Notes under the pieces: generated by a model | Database searches by the model: none | Told to the model about the DNA's origin: nothing | The model's input: the letters and a program-made list of their open reading frames with translations, nothing else | Shown: in pieces, positions 51,301-64,000 of the stretch | Position numbering within the stretch: the stretch's first letter is position 1 | Layout: each line of letters opens with the position of its first letter | Origin: Raillietiella orientalis | Taxonomy: Eukaryota | Length of the DNA stretch: 64,000 nucleotides | NCBI GenBank assembly: GCA_036172245.1 | Contig: JAYWIR010000041.1 | Span: 1,736,001 to 1,800,000 of the forward strand | Direction of reading: 5' to 3' | Position numbers and translations under genes: made by a program

Positions 51301-54300
51301 TAATTCCTTGTATAGTTAGACATACATGTATTTTTTAGTTGAATTAAGGTGAACCGACGTATTTGTGACTATAACCAAACACAACATTCCATGAGAAGTA
51401 GACGGATTTTATAGAAGGAAATGATGCGCTGATATTGAACAATATTCCTTGAACACAATTCTTCTGTGCAAATTTATTGCAACATATTGCGAAATAATTA
51501 TTGCATTATTTTGTTTTTTGTAAACGATAAAATAATATATTTACATTCTAATTTTGGTTACATGTGCATAGTATTTTATGAAATGATGTGATGTATGATT
51601 TCAATCGTGATTTTGTGGATTTAACTTGAATGTGTGGACACATAATTGTGAGCTTAATTTAAAATGGATTCTTTGTTGGTCAGACTTAATACACTAAGAT
51701 GTTGAATTATATGGTGAATGTCATATATAATAACGATAATATACGGACTGTTTGTATAATATTTTTGTAGTTTTGTTATATTTTGTACACAGAGAAAAAG
51801 CATTGTTTCACCAAGTCCGTTCAAAAGGAATAGAGGATTTGAAAAAAGTTATCTACTGGTTCACATTATGAAATGGCCAACATTGCATAATCTGATAAGA
51901 CATTGATTACTGTTTTGAAAAAAGGAATTGATTATGTTTTTACATGGATTGAATACCACAAACTTAAATGCAGTTATAGATAAGAAAATATTGTTGCTGA
52001 GCTCCAAAAGAAAAAAAGAAAAAGAAAGAAAGCAATTTACCCGATCTCTAGTCTTTAAAGCTTCCTTGAATGGAAATGGAAAAACATAATAATCATTCTG
52101 AATCATTTAAGAACCTCTAGTATTATGCAGAACCTTTAATTCAAGGTTTTCATGAGAACCATCTATGCAACTGTCTTTAGGTGTTAAAGGAGTTGCATAT
52201 GTGTTATTGTCAGGAACTATTAATATCTATGGCAATATTTTATAGAAACAACTATAGCAGAATAAAACAAAAGTGATCATTTGCTAAGCCCCTTATTGGA
52301 TAGTAATAGTCAAGTGTCTAGTTTTTCTAGAGTCAAAGGACTTCCTCGAGGAACTCTGACATACTTAAAGAGTTGGATAAGGAATGCTTATTTTATGAAG
52401 TAAATTGAATTGTTTCTAATCTGGTGACTGAAACTATTAGTCAGATTTTTCTATTATTCTCTGATGGTAGCTTGTTTTCTTGTTGCTGTTGGAAGGGTCC
52501 AAAAAGAATTTAGCAAAGAGCTCTATAGCAGAATTTCTTCTGGTTTCTTCTGGTTTTCCAGTTGTGTGGTAATGTGTTGACATGTTCCTGTAAAACTCAG
52601 TTGAAGTCTATAGTATCCATGTATTAACACCTTTTCAACTAATTATTCAGGAAAAATTTTTAATTCCTTTGTTCCTTTGTTCTCAGCTTGTTTCATGTTT
52701 TTTTTTTTTTTTTTTTAATTCCCAAACCCCAAACCTGTTCATTTTGATTTGTAATTTAGGTGAAAAGTATCTTCTTTCATTTATTTGAATTTTAATTTAT
52801 CACTAATAGAGTATACAGAGGAGAGAAAAATAAAGCTGACATGAAGTGTGTGAATTCATTATCACATTCACAAGACATCAACACAGAGCATGTTACTTTA
52901 AGTGTGATCATAAAGTTTGTTCAAATGTTCAACATTTCAACAAATATTGAATGTTTACTTTGTTCTGCATTCAGTAAATGTGAAATTAGACTAAATAAGA
53001 GGAAATATATTTAAGTAACTCGAGAAATGTAATGGCACAAAATCTGAAATATAAACTAGGGCCTCAAAGCTATTCTGAGACCTGGTACTGTGTTGATTAT
53101 TCTATCTGATACTCATAAATACAGGAAGGATCAATTCATGCAAGTATTTTTGAGCCTGCTGTAACTCATCTCAAACATTTCAATACTTCAGTTGACAGTA
53201 CAGTAACTCACAAATACATCTGTATTCATTGCAAAACAAATCAGATCTGGACAATGACACTTGTGCTTTTTTTTAAGATGGTCTTATTTCATTTTTTGCC
53301 AGGTCAGTCATTGTTTTTGTCTTTGATCCTCCTAACATTCATCAAATGAATCATGTCAATGTGTCTTTACTGGTATCAAAAGGGAAGAGAACTGTCAGAA
53401 ATTTTCAAGTGTTGAATATTTTACACTTAATTAAAAGAGTTTATGTTGGTCACTTCAGTAAGTCTCTACAATGCTACACATAGTTCTAATAATAGTTTAA
53501 TCACACACCTGATATTTTACTCATAGCTTTAATTTTGTCTTTAGCTCAAGTATGTGCCTTTGTTCACTTGATTTATCAGACCCAAATCTGCTACCCAAGT
53601 AAACTCTAAAACCTGCTGAAGGTGCTAACTCTTCTGAAGTGATGTGTCCATGCAAAATACCAGAAATCTCCCTTATAAATCAAATAGACAGCTCAATACT
53701 TTTCCATGAACTTGATTGTGAAATCGTCCATTTCCTTGAACAATCACGATAATGAACGTCGTTGTAACAGTTGTAAAACAAGCTTCTGACACCTGGAGGT
53801 GTCCACTGTAGTTATTATGTTGAACATCTCTAGCTCGTATGGAAATTACAGTAGAAAGAGGACAACTCGTAATTCAGAAAAAGTTAACAAGGTTTCATTT
53901 GATTAATTTGAATTTATAAGATTGCAGAAGCCTTCTTGGCGAGCTGCACTATACTCCCCAAAACTGATTCACGCTCGTGCTCGGTATTCCAGAATTTTTA
54001 CCGAATGTCCTCTATGCCTTTGTTTCTACCATCTGAGATGCCAGTGACAAAAAATTTGTCTGATAATGCTACCTTATCTCTGCTCCCTTGTTTTCTTCAT
54101 TCAGAATACTCGAACCCAGTTTTCTAAATCTTTGAATCCATCCAGCATTCCTGCGATTGAGGTATTGGGTTCCTGCTTGGGAATTTAACCGTTTTCTTGC
54201 CTGTACTTGTCTACTAGAACGATGTCCTGAACCTTTTATGACTAACGGTAGCACTGCTGAACGGGCACATGAGAGACGGAGTCTGAGAGAGGGGAACATA

Positions 54301-55481
54301 ATGCATACTATTTAACAACTAGTACTCCTTCCGGCAATATGACTTTCGACGAAAAATAAGCCTTTCTTCTCTTGAGTAGTCTTCAGTGCTTTGGGTACAT
54401 AGTGCTCGTGAGCACAGTGAGTGGAAATCATTCTGTAATGGGAGTGGAAAAAATGCAAATACGAACAAAACCTACCATCCATCAATAGCTACTACTCTTA
54501 ACAACCTTTAGCTGTTTGACTCCTATGTTTATGGGATTAAGGAAAAGTATTTCATTAAAAGAACAAAGCCAATGCTCACTTTGATCAACACTAGAGCATT
54601 GTAAGAAGCAATTGCCCCGAGAAAAGCTCGTCATCTGGTACTGCCTAGGGTCGTGGAAGCATGAAGCACTTTTAGCAAAAAAAGAAGTCACGTCTTTGAG
54701 CCCCTTCTGGAGATTGAACGGTTAATTATGAATTCATGCTGATTAAGATGGGATATATATATGCAGACTTCTTACTCGATCCGTTTCTTATCTTCAATAT
54801 CTTTCACACAGAAAGGCGAGTTACAGATAAGCAATCAAGAGCGATAAATACGGAGTGCGATGACGGCAACAGAAGAAGTTTTATTGTTCTCCTTCACAGT
54901 TCCGATTAATTTCTTTATTGCTCTTGCAATGATTTGCGTCTCAAAGAAAGAAAGCTTCTCGAGGAAGTTTTCTTTGGTCTCTGATTCCTTCCTGATAAAT
55001 TTTTCTTGCGAAGTCGTAGCCTCCATTCTTCCCTACCTAGGGAAAAAGCGTTTTTCTTTGAAGATAAGGCACATATCCGTTTCCTGGAATCAATGGAATC
55101 TTTGGGAAAATAGCAGATAGTATTCAAGTGTACTTTCTCAAAAAAAATGCATCCTCTTTTATTTCATTCAGATATTTTTTCAAAAGAAAACAAATTTGAA
55201 TGTTGATGAAATAATCGCATTTACCTTGTGAAATTGAAGATGTTTAGCACTGACAGACTCTGTACCGACTCATCTTTCGAGTGAATTTTTCTCATTCCTT
55301 CCCATATATGTCCTTTTCCTACACCATGTAAACTGATGCCAAACACTTCAGCACGAAAACATGAAATCGAAATTTTGGTAACCAGATCCCAGAATAGGAT
55401 GCATTTTCCTTTGAATGATTCAAATGACTTTACAGGGTGGATAATACACCAGTCTGCTGGACCTCACAGAAACCGACGTAC

Positions 55482-56204
55482 ATGGCTCTCTTCCTCCAAG
55501 GGTGCATTTTCCCATTGCTGCTGCTGTATGGCAGCTCTCATGTGCTCCAGGTATCATTTGGAATCTTCTCTGAACCTTGGATAATGATTTCGTTTTCCTT
55601 TCATCATTAGAAATCAGAATTTCCGGAGTTTGAAAGAAGATGCCTAGACATTTTTGGTCCTGATATCGTCAGAGCGGGTGAAGCCTCAGAGGAATGTGTG
55701 CAGGAGCTGGAAGTTCCAGCTGACAGCGTCAAATATGTCTTCGGCTTTCCAGTGAAAAATCACTCCCTGGAATCAGAGCTCACCGACCCGGACTTGTTGA
55801 GGTGCTTTGAAGGAAAAATATCTCTGGTACGTGTTCTTAGCAATCCCTAATCTGTTAATCTCACGCATCGAATCAGGCAGAAAACGGAGAAATAGGTAGC
55901 CAGTTCTTCCTTAAACTGATCGAGAAGAGATTGAAGAATCCAGGCGATCATCTTGACGAGCATATAAAGCTTACGCTCAAGGAGAAACTCTTAGATTGCC
56001 CGGACGGCTCGACGGTAATGTTACTGTTTTGAATCTGCTTGATCTGAATTAAGACTACGCACACCAAGTCTCTATTTTTGATGGCTCTTCACATCCCCTT
56101 AACTTCAGCTCCTAAGCTGCTTATACCGTGCTTCCCTAGTTATCCCGGAACGAGGGGAAAACGGAAGGCATAGAGGCCGACGTTCGATTTATTCCCCTAC
56201 TTAG
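55482..56204 (+). CDS. Small secreted Cys-patterned protein, OBP-like family member B (172 aa, 4 exons)
   Basis: Exons: 55482-55550 (MALFLQGCIFPLLLLYGSSHVLQ, signal peptide); 55611-55826 (216 nt, KSEFPEFERRCLDIFG..SEECVQELEVPADSVKYVFGFP..LRCFEGKISL); 55877-56014 (138 nt, AENGEIGSQFFLKLIEKRL..LLDCPDGST); 56109-56204 (LLSCLYRASLVIPERGENGRHRGRRSIYSPT*). All introns are GT-AG and phase 0, with the same internal exon lengths and Cys positions as gene A. Absent from the ORF track. Confidence 0.85.
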
Positions 56205-56841
56205 AAAACTGCTCCTGTTGTAATTATCAAATTGCTTTGAGGCTTTAAGATAGGAGAATCGCAAGTACTGTTGGCAAAGTTTTTCTCTCGAGTCTCGGAT
56301 GCGAGTTCGAAATGGTCTCGGTTTCTTCTGAATTCCTAAGGAGTTATTGATGCGGTTGCCTGGTCTTGGCTTTTGAGAGATTCCATGATCACAAACAAAA
56401 TGTGCCACGCGTTGCCAGGATGATCCGCCGCGATGTTTCAAAATCAAGGGAACCAACTCTTTGCTCCAAGGCATTTCTCAATCAGATTGTCGCTGACTTT
56501 CAGAATGATTGCTAACGATGATTGCCGATTCTTCTCTAGGTGTGGTCTTTTTTTTTTTTTTTTATTCCTCTATTAATCTTTTGTTATTTGCAATTGTCAT
56601 CTTCATAACTTGATGCACACTTTTTGTCTCAGGACATTCTGTTCACCTTCTCTTTTGAGAATGTCTCTCTGTTTACGCTAAGAACAGCTTTGGTTTGCGT
56701 CTCGCGGGTGTGCCAACCTAATCTCTTGCGTTTTGTTACAAATGGATTTATGGATAATGGGATTTATAGTTCAAGTGGGTTTATATTTATTTGCACTATT
56801 CATATTAAAGGGCATACTTAATTCTTCATTTAGTTAGGTGT

Positions 56842-57031
56842 AGCTGAAAGCTCAGTATCGGTTGGGGCGAGCGATTCCATGCTTTTCGGTTCTGTTTCTA
56901 CGAGAACATATCTTGGTTTGCACTTTGTGATTCTGCAAAAGGTTCGTTTCCAGTTTGGTATTTTATTTTATTTTGCTATTCGACGAAGCTGAGAATGCGA
57001 AAGGAATTTAAAGGTGTCGCCTCAAACGCGC
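56842..57031 (+). repeat. 190-bp direct repeat, copy 1 (partner 59004-59193)
   Basis: Ungapped alignment with about 12 mismatches (about 94% identical). Confidence 0.93.
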
Positions 57032-59003
57032 AAATATGATGGAAACTGATATCGCACTGGTTTATCTTTCCTGTATGATTCAGAAAGCCAAGCACCTTCA
57101 ACATGCCATCGAGATTTGAGAGCCTCTTTCTTGTTTTCCCTGGAGATGTTGATATCACAGCACTCTTAGATTTTCGGCAGCGCTTTTGGTCAAGATCCGG
57201 ATGGTACTAATTGCTGCTACAGTTTCAGAAATGGATCTGTTTCTGGAGTGGGTGCAAAGAGTATGCTGACTTTCACTGATAGGGGAAGAACTACGGGAGC
57301 AGCGTAGCAATTATTGATTTCCATTCAAGCAGCCTCAGAAATGAGACACTGAATCAAGAAATGGATCCTTGTTCTTTGCTTGACAAGATTGCTTGCGTCA
57401 TATTACTTTTACAGATCAATAAACTGATTTCCTTTCTCCATGCAACTGACAGTGGATTCACTGGCTATAATGACCCGGTAAATCAACTTCGCGTATGACT
57501 ACGAATCCCTTGACAGTGCATTTGAAGTGGCGTGACATGCTCAGGTATTATTTTCAATGACAGTAGTCCTCCTCCAAAAGAAAATGGCTGGCACTGCATA
57601 GGCATTTTAACTGCTTTGGAGAAATTCCTATCCCATAGTGTTCATAGTTCATGAAACATGCTAATTATGGTTTGCATGCCAATGCATTTTTTTTTTTTTT
57701 TTTTAAGGCATTCTTCAAGGCTAATAATTGTTTTTCTGGAACAACGGTTAGCTTTGAATCATAGGGTTCAAAGGTTGCTTCCCTGATTGCTTTCGCCTTC
57801 TAGAGACGGCTGAAAACTAAAAACTTTAACAATTCGAGTAGAAATTATGAAAAGAATATCAGAACACTTCAAATTCATAATGTACACGGAGAATACACTT
57901 CTGTCTTCGTGAAAGATGAGCTTTCAGATTACAATCCAGGCTTATGATACATAAGGAACAATAAAGAGAGCGGAAGAGTGTGAGATTGTGATCATTTTTC
58001 CTTCCCCCTCCTACGAGAAAATGGGGAAAATTCGTGAGCTCAAGAAACAAGTACAGATTTCGTAGTGTTTACACTCAGGACACCCCAAAAAAGGTCTCGT
58101 CTTAAGGGAAGGAAAGAGTTTGGGGAAGAACCACCGGGGCAGGCTTTGAAGAAGACATCCCATCCAGTCCTTCATGCTCATCAAGAATTTCTGTTTCTCG
58201 ACAAGCGGCAATTCAAGGTCAGGAAGATCCATTTCGAAATGCAAGCAATTCAAGACGATGGAATTGAGAAAGAGAGACCTCCAAAAGAGAGCTTCCAAAA
58301 GAACCTTCCCTGAATCCCGGAATTTCAAACATCAGATAAATATTTCTAATCTTTACGATTAGTGCTTGTGTTTTTTTGTTTTGTTTTCTGTTATGCTTTC
58401 CATAGCTTTCAACGCATTGTTTTTTAATTTTTCTACAGAACCATAAAAAATGTATGAAAATTCCACTGGATATCGAACGAACTGTCTCTATCAGGAATCC
58501 TTTCGACTTGATAACATTCTTTGAAACAAAAAAAATTGGAAGTCAGCACACTTCTCTCTTCACCCCACTTGTTTTCAGTGGAATGCTGAATAAGACTACT
58601 TAGGATGGGATTGAAGAATTCCTCAAATCCATTCCCACTGTCTTAGTGATGCAAAAGACGATTCAACGTTTCCAAAAGAATCACTCTTCATCCTCCTAAA
58701 GATTATTCTGGATGACGAATTGAAAAACAACAGCAATTACTCCAAGAATCTACTGATAGTTTTCTTTTTCGATTCCAACTCCACCGCAAACTTCCCCTTT
58801 GGAAAAGATTCCGATGGAGTAGTCGCATATATAGGTGGATATTTGGCTTGTGCTTGTAACGAATGTGCATGTGTTGTCTACTTGTGTATCTTTCCTCAGT
58901 TAAGTCGTCGAAATCTTCGGGTGAATCGCGGGATTGTTTTTCCCTTTTGAGTTTGTTCCTCACATTCTTTGCATCTTTGCTCTCAACGACCAATGGTAGG
59001 ACG

Positions 59004-59193
59004 AGCTGAAAGCTCAGAATCGGTTGGGGCGAGCGATTCCATGCTTTTCGGTTCTGTTTCTACAAGAGCATATTTTGGTTTGCACTTTGTGATTCTGCAA
59101 AAGGTTCGTTTCCAATTTGGTATTTTATTTTATTTTGCTATTCGACGAAGCTGAGGATGCAGAAGGAATTCAAAGGTGCCACTTCAAACGCGC
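59004..59193 (+). repeat. 190-bp direct repeat, copy 2 (partner 56842-57031)
   Basis: Ungapped alignment with copy 1. Confidence 0.93.
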
Positions 59194-61299
59194 TCTGAGT
59201 GGATATGTCACCATCACTCCAAAGCTTATAACTCAGCCACTTCAGTGAAGGAACAGTCTTCCCCACCAAAGCGTTCCCACTCACATCTCAGTGAACTCAG
59301 ATGGCTTCCGTGCTTGCCCGAGGGTTCCTACCCAAATCCGCAGCTCTACTTGTCAGCTTGAATCTGCCCAAGTTCCTCCTGATTTCCCAATCTTCTTTAG
59401 CTAACTGTTAGCTAGATCTTTAGAGATGTAGCAACTTCGAAGTGATTGAACTGTGGTTCAGCGACTTCGAAATTACCTTTTAATCATTACTTCGTCTTCA
59501 TGTATGGAAAATGATTTTACATATTAATGATATTTTCCTGGTATTGATTAATTATTGCAACCTGTCCAAGCTTTTCATAGGGTATCTTTCCGAAAGAGTT
59601 GAAATTTAGAGAGAGGGAAGAAAAAAAAAAAAAAATCAAGGGATTAATCTCATGTATCATTGCTAACGTTGTTCTTGTGGTCGAATTGATTTTCCTATTA
59701 CTTTTATCATTTGAGACTGTAGCTGTGATTTTCGCTCACTTTTATTTTTGTTGCGATCTTTGCTTCTCGGCCGTTGCTATCCACGTAGTCTTTGTTTTAA
59801 CAAAAGCTGTTGTTCTTACTTGTTGCAACACACTCCCTGTCAAATGTCTACTGCATCAAAAGAAAGACAAATCCACGATCACAGCCCAAAAGATAGCACC
59901 AATGCAGAAGCTGCAACCCGAGAGCAACAGTGAAAAATAACTACATGAAGAATCATCATCCATCTATCCAACGCTTCCTCGGGAAATCCGTGAAGCAATC
60001 TCGAGCAGCAAGCAGTTCTGAAATTAAAACACACACACACGCACACACTATTCAAAAGATGATTTATTTATTCAATAGAAATGAGGACTTTTTGAGAAAG
60101 ATTTCAGATGACACCAGTCACAAATCAAATGATCAGTAACGCAGATCCTTTGCCTACAAGACGCAGATCGAATAGATACTCGCTAGAGATGCAGCCAACA
60201 AGGAGATTTGTAAACGTGCGCCACAGTTTCTCGAACGAAAAGAGTCAGGAAATGGGGAGCATAAGTGGGCTGCGTTAAAGATTGACTTCGGATACCTATG
60301 AGACGTAGGAGTGCCATCCCAACAAGTTGAAAACTACCAAGAGGAAATAAGGCATTTCGAATGCTGCGTCGGGAAATCAGCAACTTTGTTACATGGATCA
60401 AAAGATCAGTATTGTGGTATAATCGACTGAAACAGAGAAGACTTTTCTGTCGTATGTTGGAAAATGAAAATTCTCCGCATCGTACGAAAAAGAAAAAATG
60501 CAATTTTTCTAGAAACCTCTAGAAAACATAGAGCTACCCGAAAATAATAAAAATCTCTATGTTGCCTGTATCCCATTTTCATCTTGTCATCCGGATGAGA
60601 AGCCAGAAACAACGATGACATATTTTGTTTTCATGGACCATTCCATGACTGGAAATGTCCCTTGATGCCCAACTGCAGAATCGGCGTGCTTCTCTCTGGC
60701 GTCTACAGTTAATCGAAAGAGTCAAGCAGCAAGCTCTGGGCATTTCCGTTGACAGGAGAGGGCTGTTGGTGATTCTCAAGGTACCAAGAATCGAAGACAT
60801 GCTAGAATGAGTTCGTTTCCCATTTGAGTTCTTCAGAAGCTCAAGCTGGAAAAAGCAGATGAGATTAAGGAGTATCGTGAAGAGATTAAAATACTCTAGG
60901 GAGAAACTTCCTTCATCCGGTAATTGAAATTCAAGGGAATCATATGGCTATCTGGTCACGTGGTATCTGTAAATTCAGATCAGTTCTCATCACTCCTTTT
61001 CCTCGGACTTTTCAGCTTTCCACACAGGAAAGTCAGAAGAGGGCAAAGGAGGCAGATCAGAAGACACACAGATAAAAAAAAAATTGTCGTGTCCACCTGT
61101 TCAAAGCATTCCATCTATTCCAATGTAACTTTAAACATAATGTATCTTTGAACAACAGTCACATAAAAAGGTGAGCATTGGGAGATCGAGGTCTGCAAGA
61201 AGCCAATTCTGGAAGCCGGCTCGAAACTTCATCTGGAGCTCCAGGAGCTTAAGAAGAAGGATTGGATCATCATTCTCGATGCTGTCCGTCCCCTCGGAA

Positions 61300-62100
61300 A
61301 ATAGAGTTTGAGGAAACACGACAAAGGAAGGAAATCAGATGTTGCGGACTGTATGAAGCAGAGGAGCACCTGTATCGGTTCGAATATTAGCCTGGGATCC
61401 TAGGATCGAGAACTGGTGAAGTCTTGGGGGAATTCTAGGTCTTTCACACTGATGCAGATTGTACGACGATGCATTTTAACATGCAGCATGGCCAAGGTAC
61501 ATAGTCTGAGCTATGCTGGTGCCAGACGTTGTAGTTGGACCCAGACAGTGTAGTTGAACAGATGAAACAATTGGACAAAGTCTGCAAGAACAGCAGGTGT
61601 TGACAGAACCCAGCTTCCCCTTCATTAGGAAAATGAAGAATCCTTCCCAAGAACGTATAATTGGAGTAGTCACAGCATCCTGAAAGATCTGTCAGCACGA
61701 ACACCTCATCACTGATGGCATAAATGGTGATAGTAATGGCAGGGGAATGCTGGGGCGAAGGAACAGCTATGAGACCGCTCGTCAAAATCCGAAAGTTGTC
61801 GACAACAAAATTGTGGTATACGAATCTCAGCTTAGAGGAGTGGAACGTGTAACGAAAGCAAAGAGAGTGAGTACTATTAAGGATGAAAGTATGAGAGGAG
61901 ACAACATGGCTTGAAGGGTATGCGACTAAAGCAGGATGTTAATTATTCACAGCAAGTGGAACAGTGTGTGCTAGAACAGCAGATGCTTCCGAAATCAAAC
62001 AAGTGTTGTTCTATCTCTTTATGGATTAAGAAGATTCCCTCCGACAACTTCTAGACTGGGTTCAGTTTTGTCTCTGAGGTGTATAGCAGCATCCCATCTC
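61300..62100 (-). mobile_element. Highly decayed LINE RT relic
   Basis: TSGLIAVPSPQHSPAITITIYAISDEV weakly resembles TSGVPQGSVLSP.LFTIY; the surrounding sequence looks like decayed coding DNA. Confidence 0.2.
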
Positions 62101-64000
62101 AGAACGAAAAGATCTTTTAGTAAGCGTGTTCATACACGAAGCTCTGAATAGGAACATGAGCACATGAGTGAAAGGACTGATGGTAACCTTTCACTCACGT
62201 CGATTACGACTTGTTCTGTCATCTTTCCATCATATGGACGATCCCTGGTTGCCAAGCAGTGATCTTTAATTACACACCAAATAACAATTTGACAGATAGA
62301 CGGTGTAAGTGATGGCGTTTCGATGTTCGACCAGCTCTCATTTTCTTGTACTCTTAAAGTGGAAAGGAAGCTTGTGTTGGATTCATTTCCCTGGTAGTAA
62401 AATTCCTCTTTGAATGGAAAATTAATCTGCTGATAACCGATTGCTAGAGTTGTCACAACAACGGTGGCTGCTCTCGTCACAATGCTAGCAGCTGTATCAA
62501 CACGCAGCTCTTGGAACACTTGGCGTCCTTAGCTGGCTCGAAGGGAATGCAATGGTCGGCCTCTCCAGATCTTCGGTCCATCTTCGTGCAATGCTGGCTG
62601 TCAGAGTTTTCCTTGCTCCTCCATTCGAGAACTCATCGCGGGAATTCCAGCATCTACAAAATTGAGGGGAGGGTGAAAATTCATTTGGGGAACGTCGCCG
62701 GAGAAAGATATTGTTCTAGTTGCTGGAGCTTCCTTCTATGGAAAGAACACGAGGATAGCTCAATAACTTTACATCTGTCTTGAAAGTCTCTGAAGTTAAG
62801 ATAAGAGCTAAGAGATCCATGAGCTCTCACTGGTCCGGTTCTGATAAACAGAACTGACTCCTTGGGATGAATCGAGCAATAGGTCACGACATCTCGTGCG
62901 GAGCTCATTCGATCCCATAAAAGAAACTGTTGGTTGTTACAGTCAGCAGGACAGCGGTCTTGGAAGTCAGGATCCTCTGAGGAATGACTCGTTTGCCGAC
63001 TCGACTGTTGGCGCTCATGCTGTCAAGCCCTTACACCCTGCCGCCGGGACAGGGCTGAATGGAGAAGACAACAGATGCAGACACACTTTCTGTGGAGCTT
63101 CAAGAGCAATCCAAACGTAAATGCATCTTGGCAGTTACTCTCTCTAATCCAAAACGATCGAGTCAGTTGTCGCCCAGCGGGGTGGCTGCACTTGACCTCG
63201 CGTCTCCAACTACCGTATCCAGATGTTCGCAGTCTTCGGTTTTCTCACAATCTCAGAAGACAGGATGAGGGGAAAACGATGGACAGGAACGCGGAGAGGA
63301 AGATATGGGTGTTCGTCGTGTCCATCCACGCTCTGGTGCTATATTTCTATTGTTGGGTGCATCCTTCCTCTGTTTTATATTGCCCGATTCTTGGAAGGGG
63401 CCATGAAGGCCAAGAGTAGAGATTAGGATCAAGAGAAGAGGTAAAAGTTTCGTTCTACCTTTGATCTCATCCTGTAGGGGAGTTTCAGCATCTCTGGCAA
63501 AGTTGCAGGAGGTAATACTGACGAAAATTTGAGTTCAAACAGCTTCCGAGAGTTAAGACGACTCGGTGAAGCTGCAGCTGCAAATGGTAAGCCACTCAAG
63601 GGAAAAAAACTGAGCATCTAGGGTTTCTTCTTGCTTGCTTATGGCTTGCCAAGCGCTGCGGATCAAAGGCTTTCAAAATCCTGCTCGCACTCTTCTAGAA
63701 CTAAGCGCTCCGTGGCAACTCTGGAAATCTCTGCTGCCTGCCAAAGCATATAGGTGAGCCCTCTCTAGTCTTGGATTCAGAAAAAACAACAACAATAATA
63801 CCGGGAGCAGTTATCTTTCTGCCTACCTTCCACTTTTGAACGATAGCTGCAAAGATCTGCAGCTATCGTTCAAAACTGGAAAGGTTGAAAACGGTCATCT
63901 TCCCATCCATCAGTCATAATCTCCATTCCGAAAGTCAAGCAGAACTTGTGGAATAGTTCTTGTCACAGTTCACGTACTCCTACGACATGAACGCACCCGA

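Noticed and set aside
54915..55040. Third OBP-like paralogue exon (VGKNGGYDFARK.. on the minus strand)
   Set aside because: Hits a stop early, lacks the conserved Cys and FF..LI motif, and has no matching upstream exon.
59599..59940. Hydrophobic ORF as a chemoreceptor or membrane-protein exon
   Set aside because: No family motif or linked exons; the hydrophobicity is explained by T-rich composition.
1..64000. CRISPR arrays, rRNA or tRNA genes, prokaryotic operons
   Set aside because: None seen; the window is spliceosomal eukaryotic DNA.

Overview
Eukaryotic nuclear DNA from an invertebrate, most likely an arthropod; the species cannot be assigned from the sequence alone. It holds four intron-containing genes: (1) a 5'-incomplete GBF1/garz Arf-GEF (4589-12794, +, 29 visible exons, with 25 of 28 introns only 37-57 nt and one GC-AG intron inside the Sec7 domain); (2) a GPI-anchored Ly6/uPAR (quiver/sleepless-like) gene with a 9.6-kb intron (22321-32535, +); (3, 4) two divergent paralogous small secreted Cys-patterned proteins that the ORF track shows only in fragments or not at all (34512-33692 on -, 55482-56204 on +). 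The two paralogues share identical internal exon sizes and resemble odorant-binding-protein (OBP)-like carriers. Also present: an apparently recent mitochondrial ND2 insertion (NUMT) flanked by a perfect 20-bp direct repeat, a 156-bp inverted repeat pair, a 190-bp direct repeat pair, a near full-length GC-rich L1/Tx1-like relic, and many decayed LINE, DIRS-like and piggyBac-like fragments. All calls were made by manual translation and motif recognition; no database searches were run.
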